IMG/VR virus record: IMGVR_UViG_3300025357_000908
Location: 32,001 to 96,000 of that record
Origin: a virus
Lineage: Duplodnaviria; Caudoviricetes
Direction: 5' to 3' (one strand)
DNA length: 64,000 nucleotides
The position numbers and the translations under genes were made by a program. Every line of letters begins with the position of its first letter. Positions within the stretch are counted from its first letter, which is position 1. Positions 38,967 through 48,166 of this stretch are shown piece after piece. The notes below the pieces were generated by a model, which ran no database searches, was not told where the DNA came from, and worked only from the letters and a program-made list of their open reading frames with translations.

Positions 38967-39632
38967 ATGAGCACACAACCGAATAATAACCTTGAGCACC
39001 CAACACTTCCTACAGCTAATAGTAGTATGATTACTACAGAAGAAGACAGGAAAGCAATTATTGAAAAAGCTGCAGAAGCGTATTCATCTTTTCTTGATGC
39101 ACTACGTATTGATTGGCGTAATGACGTCAATAGTGCTGATACACCCCGTCGTGTAGCTAAGGCTTATGTATGTGACCTTATCAAAGGTTGCTATGAAGGC
39201 CCGCCTAAGATTACTACATTCCCTTCAGACGGTTATGATGGTATTGTTAGTCAGATGAATATACCTGTAGTGTCTATGTGTTCCCATCACCATTTATCTT
39301 TTACTGGTGTTGCACACGTAGCCTATATTCCAGATAAGAACGGTCAAGTTATTGGCTTGTCTAAGCTCAATCGTATTGTAGAGCATTATGCCCGCCGCCC
39401 TCAAATCCAAGAAGGCCTAACAGTTCAAATACATCAAGCAATCGATCAACTCTGTGTTGGTAATCAAGGTGTTGCAGTTATTCTTAAATGTTCTCATACC
39501 TGTGCTTGTCATCGTGGTGTAAAGCATCATGGCTGTGCAATGATTACTTCTAAGTTATCTGGGGATTTTATGAATGAACCACAAACTCGTAAAGAATTTT
39601 ACGATTTCGTTGCATCTGCTGAACGCGAATAA
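38967..39632 (+). CDS. folE: GTP cyclohydrolase I
   Basis: TPRRVAK, SMCSHHHL, GLSKLNR, QIQE, HTCACHRG; ATG 38967 follows GTGATA-N16-TATTAT. Confidence 0.95.
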   Translation: MSTQPNNNLEHPTLPTANSSMITTEEDRKAIIEKAAEAYSSFLDALRIDWRNDVNSADTPRRVAKAYVCDLIKGCYEGPPKITTFPSDGYDGIVSQMNIPVVSMCSHHHLSFTGVAHVAYIPDKNGQVIGLSKLNRIVEHYARRPQIQEGLTVQIHQAIDQLCVGNQGVAVILKCSHTCACHRGVKHHGCAMITSKLSGDFMNEPQTRKEFYDFVASAERE

Positions 39633-39641
39633 TAAATAAAT

Positions 39642-40052
39642 ATGGTGAGCAAAGAACAGAAAAACTCTAAACCTTCTAAGAAGAGCTCTTCTAAAAAGAA
39701 AGCACAAACAGTAGATGTTCCTTCTTTGCCCGCCGTATTATCTGAAGATCAAAAAAGAATTAAAGACTTAATTTTACATGCTCAAGTAGAGTTTGCTAAA
39801 ATTAAAAACAATATTGTAAAAGATAAGCAAAATGAAATTGCTGCACTTGAAAGTCAAATAAAGGAATTCATGGGGCCTTTCTTGCTAATTGGATATGATA
39901 TTAATAATAACCCTGTTGAGATGGTATCTGCTAACTCAACAGCGGAGCATGACGCTTTACTGGAACGGTTCAGAAGAGTTATGTATAAGATAAATCAAAA
40001 TATCGCTAATTCTGGTGGGGAAGACCCGTATGGTCACCAAAATACTGACTAA
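39642..40052 (+). CDS. hypothetical protein
   Basis: 136-aa ORF with TAAATA upstream. Confidence 0.6.
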   Translation: MVSKEQKNSKPSKKSSSKKKAQTVDVPSLPAVLSEDQKRIKDLILHAQVEFAKIKNNIVKDKQNEIAALESQIKEFMGPFLLIGYDINNNPVEMVSANSTAEHDALLERFRRVMYKINQNIANSGGEDPYGHQNTD

Positions 40053-40347
40053 GCTTAAGCTTTACTTTCTACCCAAAAATCGCCGTATTTATGTTGTTCT
40101 TGAAGGGCAATATAAAGGAGAGTGGTTGGTAAAAGTAAGAGAAGATAAAAACAATATTATGTTTTTTTCATTACCTGATAAACATATTCGTACTATACCT
40201 TTAGATGATTATAATTGGGGTATACAAAATAAAGTTTTGGAACCAGTAGATGTTTTACCTGAAAAGGTATATAATGTCTGTTTAGCAGAATACAACCTTA
40301 AGGCTACAGATGTCCAAAAAAATAACGCTTTTAATAGACGGAAATAA
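40030..40347 (+). CDS. hypothetical protein
   Basis: ORF overlapping both neighbours. Confidence 0.55.
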   Translation: MVTKILTKLKLYFLPKNRRIYVVLEGQYKGEWLVKVREDKNNIMFFSLPDKHIRTIPLDDYNWGIQNKVLEPVDVLPEKVYNVCLAEYNLKATDVQKNNAFNRRK

Positions 40348-41233
40348 CACCCTTCATCGTACCCACTGGGTAGCTAACATAGGGGGTCGTCAATTAATTA
40401 ATTCAAAAGGTATTAATACGGGCAGCACATTTACCTTTCTTAAGACTATAAAGTCGTACGTGGATCAATTTAATGCTGATGAAGTTTATATTGCGTGGGA
40501 TAAAAAACTAACAACAGGTGCGGTTAATTTTCGCAACACTCTAACTGAAGGTACATATAAAGCGGGTAGGAATCAAGAACGCAATAAAGCAGTTTATGAT
40601 GGGGCAAACGAAATAATTGAAATCACTAAAACTCTTGGTATTAAAAACATATTCCCAGGAGAATTAGAAGCAGATGATGTTATTAGCTGGTTTAGTGAAA
40701 AGATTCAAGGTAAGAAGATTATTGTTAGTGTTGATAATGATTTTGCACAATTAGTTAACGAGAGTATATCCCTTTATAACCCAATCAAAAAGGTTCTTAT
40801 AGATATTAGTAATTTCGAAGAACACTATGGATTAACACCAGAAGAATACCTCTATTATAAGTGTATAGTTGGAGATAAGTCCGACAACATACAAGGTATT
40901 GAAGGTATTGGTAAAATAAGAGGACAAAAACTTGCTAAAGCTTTTGTTGCTAAAGATGTTAAAGCCCGGGAACAATGCAACGCGCAGGTTTCATTAAATA
41001 TGCCGCTTGTGTGCCTGACTTATGGCTTTGCAACGCATCCAAATGAGATAAAAATATATGAAGAACAGCTTTATAACACAAAAGATGTTAAAGCTAATTT
41101 TACACGGTTTATTGAATACTGCACTGAACTTGAATTCAATTCTATCATTGATAAAATGAGTAATTGGCAAGCTTCTTTTAACAAAACATCGAATAATGAT
41201 GTTTTAGCCGGGTATTTTAAAACATTTGAGTAA
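40310..41233 (+). CDS. rnh: T4-type RNase H / 5'-3' exonuclease
   Basis: LLIDGNN, YKAGR, EADD, SVDND, GDKSDNIQGIEGIG. Confidence 0.92.
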   Translation: MSKKITLLIDGNNTLHRTHWVANIGGRQLINSKGINTGSTFTFLKTIKSYVDQFNADEVYIAWDKKLTTGAVNFRNTLTEGTYKAGRNQERNKAVYDGANEIIEITKTLGIKNIFPGELEADDVISWFSEKIQGKKIIVSVDNDFAQLVNESISLYNPIKKVLIDISNFEEHYGLTPEEYLYYKCIVGDKSDNIQGIEGIGKIRGQKLAKAFVAKDVKAREQCNAQVSLNMPLVCLTYGFATHPNEIKIYEEQLYNTKDVKANFTRFIEYCTELEFNSIIDKMSNWQASFNKTSNNDVLAGYFKTFE

Positions 41234-41243
41234 ATAATTGATT

Positions 41244-41438
41244 ATGTTACCAAATACAGTAGAACCACGTCCATCTTCTTGTAGTACATGTGGTCAACCA
41301 GCAGTACATCCACGTATTTCACAGGTTAAACGTGGTAAAGACATTGTAACTGAAGCACATTGGATTTGTCCAAGATGTAACAGTAGATTCATGTCCGGAA
41401 CAGTAAGTATAGTCAACGGTGAAACCAAGAAAAACTAA
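41244..41438 (+). CDS. small zinc-ribbon protein
   Basis: CSTC...CPRC; TAAATA ends 7 nt before ATG 41244. Confidence 0.65.
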   Translation: MLPNTVEPRPSSCSTCGQPAVHPRISQVKRGKDIVTEAHWICPRCNSRFMSGTVSIVNGETKKN

Positions 41439-41814
41439 GAAAATCCTCGACGAAGCGTCTTTTTACACTGGCAGCTACTCCGGTCAACAAGCACCAGAGA
41501 CAACATCTGCATATGAATTTAGTAAAGACAGTGTTCCTACACTAAACAAGATTGAGGAACTTAGAAATAAGGGAAATAGTATGGGTGTTCCTGAAGAGCT
41601 ACCTTTTCCTTTTCAAAACTCCGTTAAAGATCTTGCTGATTTATATTTAAAAGCTCAAGATCTAAGAAACAAAGCCCGGGATGCTGCTAAACTACCGTTT
41701 TTTAAAGGCAGAGAAGCAAAACTCGAAGAATTTCGCGGTAAATTAAACGGTATAATGGTTGAGTGTAAAAAATTAGCAGCTGATTTACACAATTTTTCTC
41801 TTGCACCTAAGTGA
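41419..41814 (+). CDS. hypothetical protein
   Basis: 131-aa ORF, ILDEA near the N-terminus. Confidence 0.55.
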   Translation: MKPRKTKKILDEASFYTGSYSGQQAPETTSAYEFSKDSVPTLNKIEELRNKGNSMGVPEELPFPFQNSVKDLADLYLKAQDLRNKARDAAKLPFFKGREAKLEEFRGKLNGIMVECKKLAADLHNFSLAPK

Positions 41815-41839
41815 ATAAGTTCCTCTAATAGGGGATCTT

Positions 41840-42265
41840 ATGAGAGACAAATTAATACTATTAGTTAAATCTTTAGCCGTAACAGCGGCAATATCTGCCT
41901 TGATAGGTGGAACTGTTGTATACTTCGGTCACCCGTTTTGGTTGTGGTTTGTAGTATCATTTATTGCTCAGTTTTTAGTGTCTTATATTTCAAATATGTT
42001 TTTAGAGTATAAGGCGTTAAGAGAAGCACGGGCAATTAAATTAAAAGAGGCTGAAATCGCAGAACAAAACACAATACGTGTTGCGTGTGCTTCCTGCAAA
42101 AAGGAAAGCGATGTAATCGTGCGTACAAATCAAGAAAATAGGTTTACTTGTGGTTTTTGTAATACAAAAAATTCTGTTTATTTAGTTGCAGAAACAGCTG
42201 TAGTAACTGATCCTATTTACGACGCACCTTCACTTAAAAATATTTCATTAAATGGAAACGATTAA
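41840..42265 (+). CDS. membrane protein with zinc ribbon
   Basis: Two N-terminal hydrophobic helices; CASC...CGFC. Confidence 0.65.
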   Translation: MRDKLILLVKSLAVTAAISALIGGTVVYFGHPFWLWFVVSFIAQFLVSYISNMFLEYKALREARAIKLKEAEIAEQNTIRVACASCKKESDVIVRTNQENRFTCGFCNTKNSVYLVAETAVVTDPIYDAPSLKNISLNGND

Positions 42266-42551
42266 TACAATTACAAATAATAAATTATCACTTTACGAGT
42301 TTGCTCGATGGGCAGCTTTATTAGAAGCTGTAAACATTATAGCAGATAAATGCGAAGATAGAGGTATAGACTTTGATAGCCCGGGAGGTATAAAGTATAT
42401 TAAACCTCTTGATATTCAAGATTATGTTAATATTCGTACTGATGCTTTAATGATAAAAATTAAAACCGCTCGAGAGATCGAAAAAAACTTAAATAACATC
42501 AAATGCCTACAAATCGAAAAACAGCTAAAACGCTTGGAAGTAGTAGAATAA
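42252..42551 (+). CDS. hypothetical protein
   Basis: 99-aa ORF in operon. Confidence 0.55.
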   Translation: METINTITNNKLSLYEFARWAALLEAVNIIADKCEDRGIDFDSPGGIKYIKPLDIQDYVNIRTDALMIKIKTAREIEKNLNNIKCLQIEKQLKRLEVVE

Positions 42552-43066
42552 TTCGTTTATTTGGAGAAATCAATGAAGAGCTGGCTAATAAAGTCATTGA
42601 CCAGCTTATAAAATTTGATAAAAAAGGTAGAAACGATATACTACTAATTATTGATTCTCCAGGCGGGGATTTAGATGCAACCATCTCAATGTATCAAGTC
42701 ACGCAGCTATTAAGATGTAATGTTGCTACATTAGCATTATCTAATGCCGCTTCTGCAGCAGGTGTACTTTTAGCGTGTGGTGCAAGTGGTAAGCGTATGG
42801 TAATGGAGCAAAGCATTGTAATGCTTCATGATATCAGTCAAGAAATGTCAGAAGATTACCATCGGTGCTTAGAAAGCGAGTTATTAAGTTTAAGAATTTC
42901 CAAAAAAATTCTAAATGATATACTTTCAAAACAAAATGTGAAGGATCCTGATACCTTTTTAAAGGCTGAAGCGACGTACGTGTGTGGTGAAGAAGCTATT
43001 AAATGTGGTTTAGCAGACCACGTTGTAAAAAACTTTGATGACGTACTTAAAATAGTTAAAATATAA
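42503..43066 (+). CDS. clpP: ClpP-like protease
   Basis: RIIRLFGEI, IDSPGG, AASAA (Ser), MLH (His), EEAIKCGLADHV. Confidence 0.85.
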   Translation: MPTNRKTAKTLGSSRIIRLFGEINEELANKVIDQLIKFDKKGRNDILLIIDSPGGDLDATISMYQVTQLLRCNVATLALSNAASAAGVLLACGASGKRMVMEQSIVMLHDISQEMSEDYHRCLESELLSLRISKKILNDILSKQNVKDPDTFLKAEATYVCGEEAIKCGLADHVVKNFDDVLKIVKI

Positions 43067-43070
43067 TATT

Positions 43071-43322
43071 ATGCCTCAAGAATATATAGTAGTGGATGCA
43101 TCAATAAAATACATGAATGCGCGTAACCCGCTGGAAGAAGGACTTTTTTACTGTAATGAATCCCACTGGTCTCGAAAACTTGATTTGGCAATAAAATATT
43201 CTGATGCAAATAGTGCAATACAAATTGCCAAAAAAATAACTGAAGAAGAAAAATTGCCAAAAAAAGTCTTAATAATTGAGCGTAACGGTAATAACATAGG
43301 TGTTGGAGAAATTAAGTTTTAA
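43071..43322 (+). CDS. hypothetical protein
   Basis: 83-aa ORF. Confidence 0.55.
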   Translation: MPQEYIVVDASIKYMNARNPLEEGLFYCNESHWSRKLDLAIKYSDANSAIQIAKKITEEEKLPKKVLIIERNGNNIGVGEIKF

Positions 43323-43363
43323 GAGTTGATTACTTGTATATGTAATCATAAATATTTTTAACT

Positions 43364-43687
43364 ATGCTTATTAAATTAACCAACGCACTACCACAGTATA
43401 AAGGACTAACTGTATTATTAAATGCAAACATTATACAGTCTGCAATGCAAAACACTGTAACAAGAGATGACGGCACTCTTGAAACGGTCACAACCGTACA
43501 CTGCCCACCACACGGTACATGGGAAATTACTGAGACACCTGAAGAAATTTACGATCAGGCTAAATCGCTTAAGTTAGATACTAACACATCAGCTAATTTA
43601 GCACAACTTCTCAGTGAAAATCAATCCGGCGCTGGTGCACCTAAAAAGAATCGCAAAAACAAAGATCAAGATCAAGAACAGGCATAA
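43364..43687 (+). CDS. hypothetical protein, FlbD-like pattern
   Basis: MLIKLT...LNANIIQS...ITETPEEI resembles the FlbD family. Confidence 0.4.
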   Translation: MLIKLTNALPQYKGLTVLLNANIIQSAMQNTVTRDDGTLETVTTVHCPPHGTWEITETPEEIYDQAKSLKLDTNTSANLAQLLSENQSGAGAPKKNRKNKDQDQEQA

Positions 43688-43712
43688 AGCATAATATTGC
43701 CTTTAAAAACTT

Positions 43713-43743
43713 ACCCATCAATTTAAATATTGATGGGTTTTTT
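43713..43743 (+). terminator. intrinsic terminator between convergent genes
   Basis: ACCCATCAAT-ttaaat-ATTGATGGGT followed by a T-run. Confidence 0.8.
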
Positions 43744-44338
43744 ATGTCATACGGAAATTCATAGCAATACTAATTCTATTTTCATTGCTTTTATTTTTTT
43801 CTACCATGTGAGCAAGATTTGATCTAAAAACTATTACGTCCCCTTCTTGAGGTTGTATGTGGTATGTTTTGAAGTTAGGCATGACGAACTGCTCGGGTGG
43901 TGGTAGTGGGAACATATCTTTATCTGCTTCGTGACTTCTAAAAATAATTTTACCACAGTTTATAGGTATTTTAACATAGTACACTAAACTGAAATGATTA
44001 AGTGTATGTACATGGTATTCTTGAAAGTTACCAGGCTCTGCAATATTTATCCATGCCTCGCTACAAGCCGGTACCCTATTGTTTATACCATACTCTTTAG
44101 CAAATTCTTTTACCTCTATTTTACAATCATTAATTAAATTGTTAAAAAGCGGGTCATTGATTAAATTATACGAAGATAGTGTATTGTACGTGTCTCCAAT
44201 CCAATCAGAATTTAATTTATTGTTTTTCTTTAACTCGTATGCTTTAGCAATATAACGCTCGTTATTGTCTTTATGTTCTAACAAGTTTTTCTTGTAAACA
44301 AGTTCCGCAAACATTATACCAGTATTAGAGTTGCTCAT
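43742..44338 (-). CDS. 2OG-Fe(II) oxygenase (TIGR02466-like)
   Basis: AWIN, HVH, FSLVYY, VFRSNLAH, RISIAMN; own promoter TAGATT-N16-TATTAT (44372..44345). Confidence 0.85.
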   Translation of the reverse strand: MSNSNTGIMFAELVYKKNLLEHKDNNERYIAKAYELKKNNKLNSDWIGDTYNTLSSYNLINDPLFNNLINDCKIEVKEFAKEYGINNRVPACSEAWINIAEPGNFQEYHVHTLNHFSLVYYVKIPINCGKIIFRSHEADKDMFPLPPPEQFVMPNFKTYHIQPQEGDVIVFRSNLAHMVEKNKSNENRISIAMNFRMT

Positions 44339-44393
44339 CTATTAATAATACATACAATATGTGCTAAATCTACACAATAAAATAAATATTATA

Positions 44394-44582
44394 ATGGTTT
44401 TAATACGTAGAGCATCTAAAAACGGTAAAGATTACACTGTTATTATGTTAAAAGGGGAAGAACCTAAATGGATACCCACTACTAATTACGAACACAATCG
44501 GATATTAGAGATATATAAACAAGATAAACCATACGAAGGTATTGAGAACGATTTTGTGGATTTTAAAGATTTGTACCGTTAA
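44394..44582 (+). CDS. hypothetical protein
   Basis: ATG 44394 lies 5 nt after TAAATA. Confidence 0.55.
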   Translation: MVLIRRASKNGKDYTVIMLKGEEPKWIPTTNYEHNRILEIYKQDKPYEGIENDFVDFKDLYR

Positions 44583-44591
44583 TATATAGTA

Positions 44592-45155
44592 ATGGAGCAT
44601 TATCACTATAAAGTACCGGGTTGGTTTTCGTACCCGTATTTGTATTCAAATATGGTTAATTTACACGCCGACGGAGCACACTTTGTAGAGGTAGGTTCGT
44701 GGATGGGTGCTTCTGCTGCCTATATGGGTGTGGAGATTATAAATTCTGGTAAAAAAATCGTCTTTGACTGTGTTGATGAGTGGTCTGATTATGTAGCGGA
44801 TGGATTATATATGAAAGAAGTACCTAAGAATCCTGGAGATTTTGTATACAATCTTTTTAAAGAAAATACAGCACCAGTGAAAAATTATATTAACCCGGTA
44901 AGACTTACTTCAGGGGAGGCAGCAGCTACATACAAGGATAACTCTTTAGATTTTGTTTTTATAGATGCCAACCATGTTTATGAAGCAGTAATAGATGATT
45001 TGAGTGCGTGGTTTAAAAAAGTTAAAATTGGTGGTTTTATTGGTGGTCACGATTATAAAGACGAAGATGTTAAAAAAGCAGTTGACCAGTTTTTTGGAAA
45101 AGATAATTATATCTTTGATTACAAAGAAAATTGTTGGTTACATCGCAAACAATGA
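44592..45155 (+). CDS. class I SAM-dependent methyltransferase (Methyltransf_24-like)
   Basis: VEVGSWMGAS, LDFVFIDANH.YE, GGFIGGHDY. Confidence 0.88.
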   Translation: MEHYHYKVPGWFSYPYLYSNMVNLHADGAHFVEVGSWMGASAAYMGVEIINSGKKIVFDCVDEWSDYVADGLYMKEVPKNPGDFVYNLFKENTAPVKNYINPVRLTSGEAAATYKDNSLDFVFIDANHVYEAVIDDLSAWFKKVKIGGFIGGHDYKDEDVKKAVDQFFGKDNYIFDYKENCWLHRKQ

Positions 45156-45517
45156 CACGTTTAACTGGTTTAGTAAAAAAGGGTTGGGGTAGTGAATATA
45201 TATGGGCTACAAGCGACAAGTATTGTGGCAAGCTTATGAATTTTAATACCGGTGCTAAATTTAGTATGCATTTTCATTCAGTTAAAGATGAGTCTTGGTA
45301 TATATTATCTGGAGAATTTATAGTAAAAACAATAGACCCTAAGGATGCAAGTATAACAGAAACTAATCTTTTACCAGGAGATATGTGGCATAATGAACCG
45401 TTGTACCCGCATCAATTAATATGCATATCTGCTGGCTCTGTAATAGAAGTATCAACACCTGATAGTGTTGAAGACAATTATAGGGTTATACCTGGAGATA
45501 GTCAAAACACGAAGTAA
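45152..45517 (+). CDS. cupin (sugar-isomerase-like)
   Basis: KGWGSE, SMHFH..KDESWY, PHQL, IEVSTPDSVEDNYR. Confidence 0.8.
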   Translation: MTRLTGLVKKGWGSEYIWATSDKYCGKLMNFNTGAKFSMHFHSVKDESWYILSGEFIVKTIDPKDASITETNLLPGDMWHNEPLYPHQLICISAGSVIEVSTPDSVEDNYRVIPGDSQNTK

Positions 45518-45527
45518 TTAACTAAAA

Positions 45528-46202
45528 ATGAATTATACTGATATTATTAAACAAGCAGTTGAAAATGCTAATGCAGGTAAGAGCAAGCTCACTCAAAGTA
45601 TTTTAGACTTAGAAGGTATGTCCAGTAATAAGATAAGACACTTTCTTAATAATATTATTTCCTTACAGGAAGGTAAAGCTCGATATCTTGAAGTAGGTGT
45701 ATGGAAAGGTTCAACTACTATTTCTGCTCTTTATAAGAACAATCCAGAGTATCATACTGCGATAGATAACTTTGTTCAGTTTAATGGGCCTCGTTTAGAA
45801 TTTCAAAAGAATTGCAGAAAGTGGTTAGATTATGAAAATAGAGTTAATTTTGCTGATATAGGATGTTTTGATATAGATCCTGTACACGATCTTAATATTA
45901 CTAATATTAATACGTATCTTTACGATGGTGAACATAGCTACGACTCTCAGTACAAAGCTATTACTCATTATGAGGGTGCTTTAGCGGATGAGTTTATTTT
46001 AATTGTAGATGATTACAATTGGGATGAAGTACAAAGAGGCACACAAGATGGTATTAGAGATATGAAATTTAACGTACATTACCAAGTACATTTACCGGCT
46101 AACCCTGTAACAGTTCCAGGTCGCTGGGGTCCAGAAATATTTGGTGACAAGGCACTATGGTGGAATGGGTACTATGTTGCACATTGCACTAAAACAACTT
46201 AA
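45528..46202 (+). CDS. class I SAM-dependent methyltransferase
   Basis: YLEVGVWKGST, IDNF, YDGEH, IVDDYNW. Confidence 0.8.
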   Translation: MNYTDIIKQAVENANAGKSKLTQSILDLEGMSSNKIRHFLNNIISLQEGKARYLEVGVWKGSTTISALYKNNPEYHTAIDNFVQFNGPRLEFQKNCRKWLDYENRVNFADIGCFDIDPVHDLNITNINTYLYDGEHSYDSQYKAITHYEGALADEFILIVDDYNWDEVQRGTQDGIRDMKFNVHYQVHLPANPVTVPGRWGPEIFGDKALWWNGYYVAHCTKTT

Positions 46203-46203
46203 C

Positions 46204-46278
<75 letters not shown>

Positions 46279-46282
46279 TTTT

Positions 46283-46483
46283 ATGAACATACATGTTATA
46301 TCACTACTAAAAGCTATTTCCTGGAGAATATCTGGCAGTATAACTACGTTTTTAGTGAGCTGGTATTTTACTAAACGAGTAAGTCTTTCCTTAGGTATAG
46401 CATCAATAGAGTTTTTTGGAAAAATCGGGCTGTATTATATACATGAACGAATTTGGCATAAAGCACTATCTAATAAATCTTAA
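46283..46483 (+). CDS. DUF2061 small membrane protein
   Basis: SLLKAISWR...T...YYIHERIW. Confidence 0.8.
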   Translation: MNIHVISLLKAISWRISGSITTFLVSWYFTKRVSLSLGIASIEFFGKIGLYYIHERIWHKALSNKS

Positions 46484-46519
46484 TAGTTTAAAAATATGTT
46501 ATGTTAAATAAATTTTAAT

Positions 46520-47203
46520 ATGCAACTCTCCGATTTAGTAGGTATATTTCCTAATGCTTTAAGTACGAGTATGTGCGACAGATTACTTGATTGTTACGAT
46601 AAAGCTATAGCAGGGGGTATTACACATGAAGGTACTATAGGAAAAACCGCAGCGGTTACTAACAGAAATATAAAGGATAGTTTAGATTTTGATTTTTATA
46701 AAGCCCGTAAAATAATCCCTGATGCAGAGTCTCTAACATTCACAATAAGGAACACACTCAATACTCACTTTAAGAAATATTTGCAAAGTCTTCCAAGACA
46801 AGATGAGTATGATAGCACTAAAACATTATATAATAGTGGGGGTTTTTGTTGGCCTATACTTCAAATACAAAGATATAAAAAAGGTGAAGGGCATTATAAT
46901 GCGTGGCATCATGAAGGGGGTATATTGGGAAATATGCCCGGGGCAGGAGAAAGACTGTTTGCTTTTTTAACATATTTAGACGATGTTGAAGAAGGTGGTG
47001 AAACCGAATTTTTATACACCAATCAAAAAATTAAACCAGAAAAAGGCAAAATGATAATCCATCCAGCTGGTTTTCCTTTTGTTCATAAAGGAAACCTTCC
47101 AGTGACTTCCGATAAAACAATCCTTATCACCTGGATATGTCAGATGCCCCCGCCCCCTGTGCTACATCCGCACGCAATGAAGCAATCTACTTATTTAGTT
47201 TAA
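46520..47203 (+). CDS. 2OG-Fe(II) oxygenase (prolyl-4-hydroxylase-like)
   Basis: IQRY, WHHE, YLDDVEEGGETEF, KPEKG, HKG, K.ILITW. Confidence 0.88.
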   Translation: MQLSDLVGIFPNALSTSMCDRLLDCYDKAIAGGITHEGTIGKTAAVTNRNIKDSLDFDFYKARKIIPDAESLTFTIRNTLNTHFKKYLQSLPRQDEYDSTKTLYNSGGFCWPILQIQRYKKGEGHYNAWHHEGGILGNMPGAGERLFAFLTYLDDVEEGGETEFLYTNQKIKPEKGKMIIHPAGFPFVHKGNLPVTSDKTILITWICQMPPPPVLHPHAMKQSTYLV

Positions 47204-47613
47204 ATCTTTAAACTCTCAGGTTTGGTAGCGCGTATATAAACCTCACCCCAAACTTCTAACTCACCCATAAGAGCTTGAAACTCTTTTTGAGATAATTTAT
47301 CTAAGTCTGCTAACTTTGCATAAACTTCTTCTGCCATTTTTTTGTAATGAGCATTAGCCTTATCACAATCTTTATCAGGAGCGTTTTCCATCTTTTCAGC
47401 TTCAGCATAAGGTTTAGCTTTAGCAGCAAAGTGAATAGCTGTTAATGTAGCGAAACCACCTTTTTCTTTTGAATTGTGAGCAATCTTAGCAGCACCGGCA
47501 GCTCTCTTATCTAAGAACTGTTTAAGAGATTCTTCTGTAGTAGGATCAGGCTGAACACGTTTTTCTAACATTAATTGGTAGTGTTCTGCTAAAACTTTAA
47601 GCTGGCTATTCAT
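47200..47613 (-). CDS. hypothetical late protein
   Basis: TAAGTA at 47630-47635; LAE/MLE near the N-terminus. Confidence 0.55.
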   Translation of the reverse strand: MNSQLKVLAEHYQLMLEKRVQPDPTTEESLKQFLDKRAAGAAKIAHNSKEKGGFATLTAIHFAAKAKPYAEAEKMENAPDKDCDKANAHYKKMAEEVYAKLADLDKLSQKEFQALMGELEVWGEVYIRATKPESLKI

Positions 47614-47656
47614 AGTAAATATCTTATATTACTTATTGTTATTTGACATATTTTAT

Positions 47657-48039
47657 GGGCCTGTACCAGATTCGACTCTGTGACAGATGTATTAGAAGCA
47701 AGCAGGATTAGTAAATCCTTTATAAATTACTACAAAAACAAACGGCATTATTCAAAGCCTCAAGAACGCAGTCGCTTCTGTAATGGATTCATTCAATACA
47801 AGCGAAAGCTTCGCACTCGTAGCTGCTTAAGCTCGATCGGTTGTAGTATAGATTCTCGCTATATATTATAATCGTCATTCAGCGAGACTGACTATTCAAT
47901 GGTAGTAGAATAGCAGGAACACTACCAAACAACTTGTATATCAGCACTATGGGTATACATTTTATTAATAGTGCTAAGCTTGTAGAAACTGATAAGAACG
48001 TTACGGAACACAGGGGTGCAACTCCCCTCAGGTCCACCA
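47657..48039 (+). ncRNA. ssrA: tmRNA
   Basis: 5' GGGCCTG pairs with 3' CAGGTCC-ACCA including the G3:U wobble; GATTCGAC after the 5' strand; T-arm AGGGG-TGCAACT-CCCCT; tag frame 47744-47830 ends ...FALVAA*. Confidence 0.93.
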
Positions 48040-48047
48040 CTTTTTTC

Positions 48048-48122
48048 GCCCTCATAGGATAATGGTTAGTCTACCGCACTTTCACTGCGGGCATCCCGGT
48101 TCAAATCCGGGTGGGGGTACCA
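48048..48122 (+). tRNA. tRNA-Glu(TTC)
   Basis: Acceptor GCCCTCA/TGGGGGT, anticodon arm CCGCA-CTTTCAC-TGCGG, GGTTCAA T-loop, CCA. Confidence 0.93.
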
Positions 48123-48166
48123 GTTTATTGCAGTATTACCGGTAGTAAGTAAATAATAAAACTAAT

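Noticed and set aside
5282-39632. que genes as a tRNA-queuosine auxiliary pathway
   Set aside because: No queA or queG/H in the window, the two tRNAs are not Q-family, and the TGT-fold gene is coupled to DNA polymerase; DNA modification fits better, although the rest of the genome is unseen
47680-47871. 63-aa ORF in the track
   Set aside because: Lies inside the tmRNA; the meaningful frame is the tag at 47744-47830
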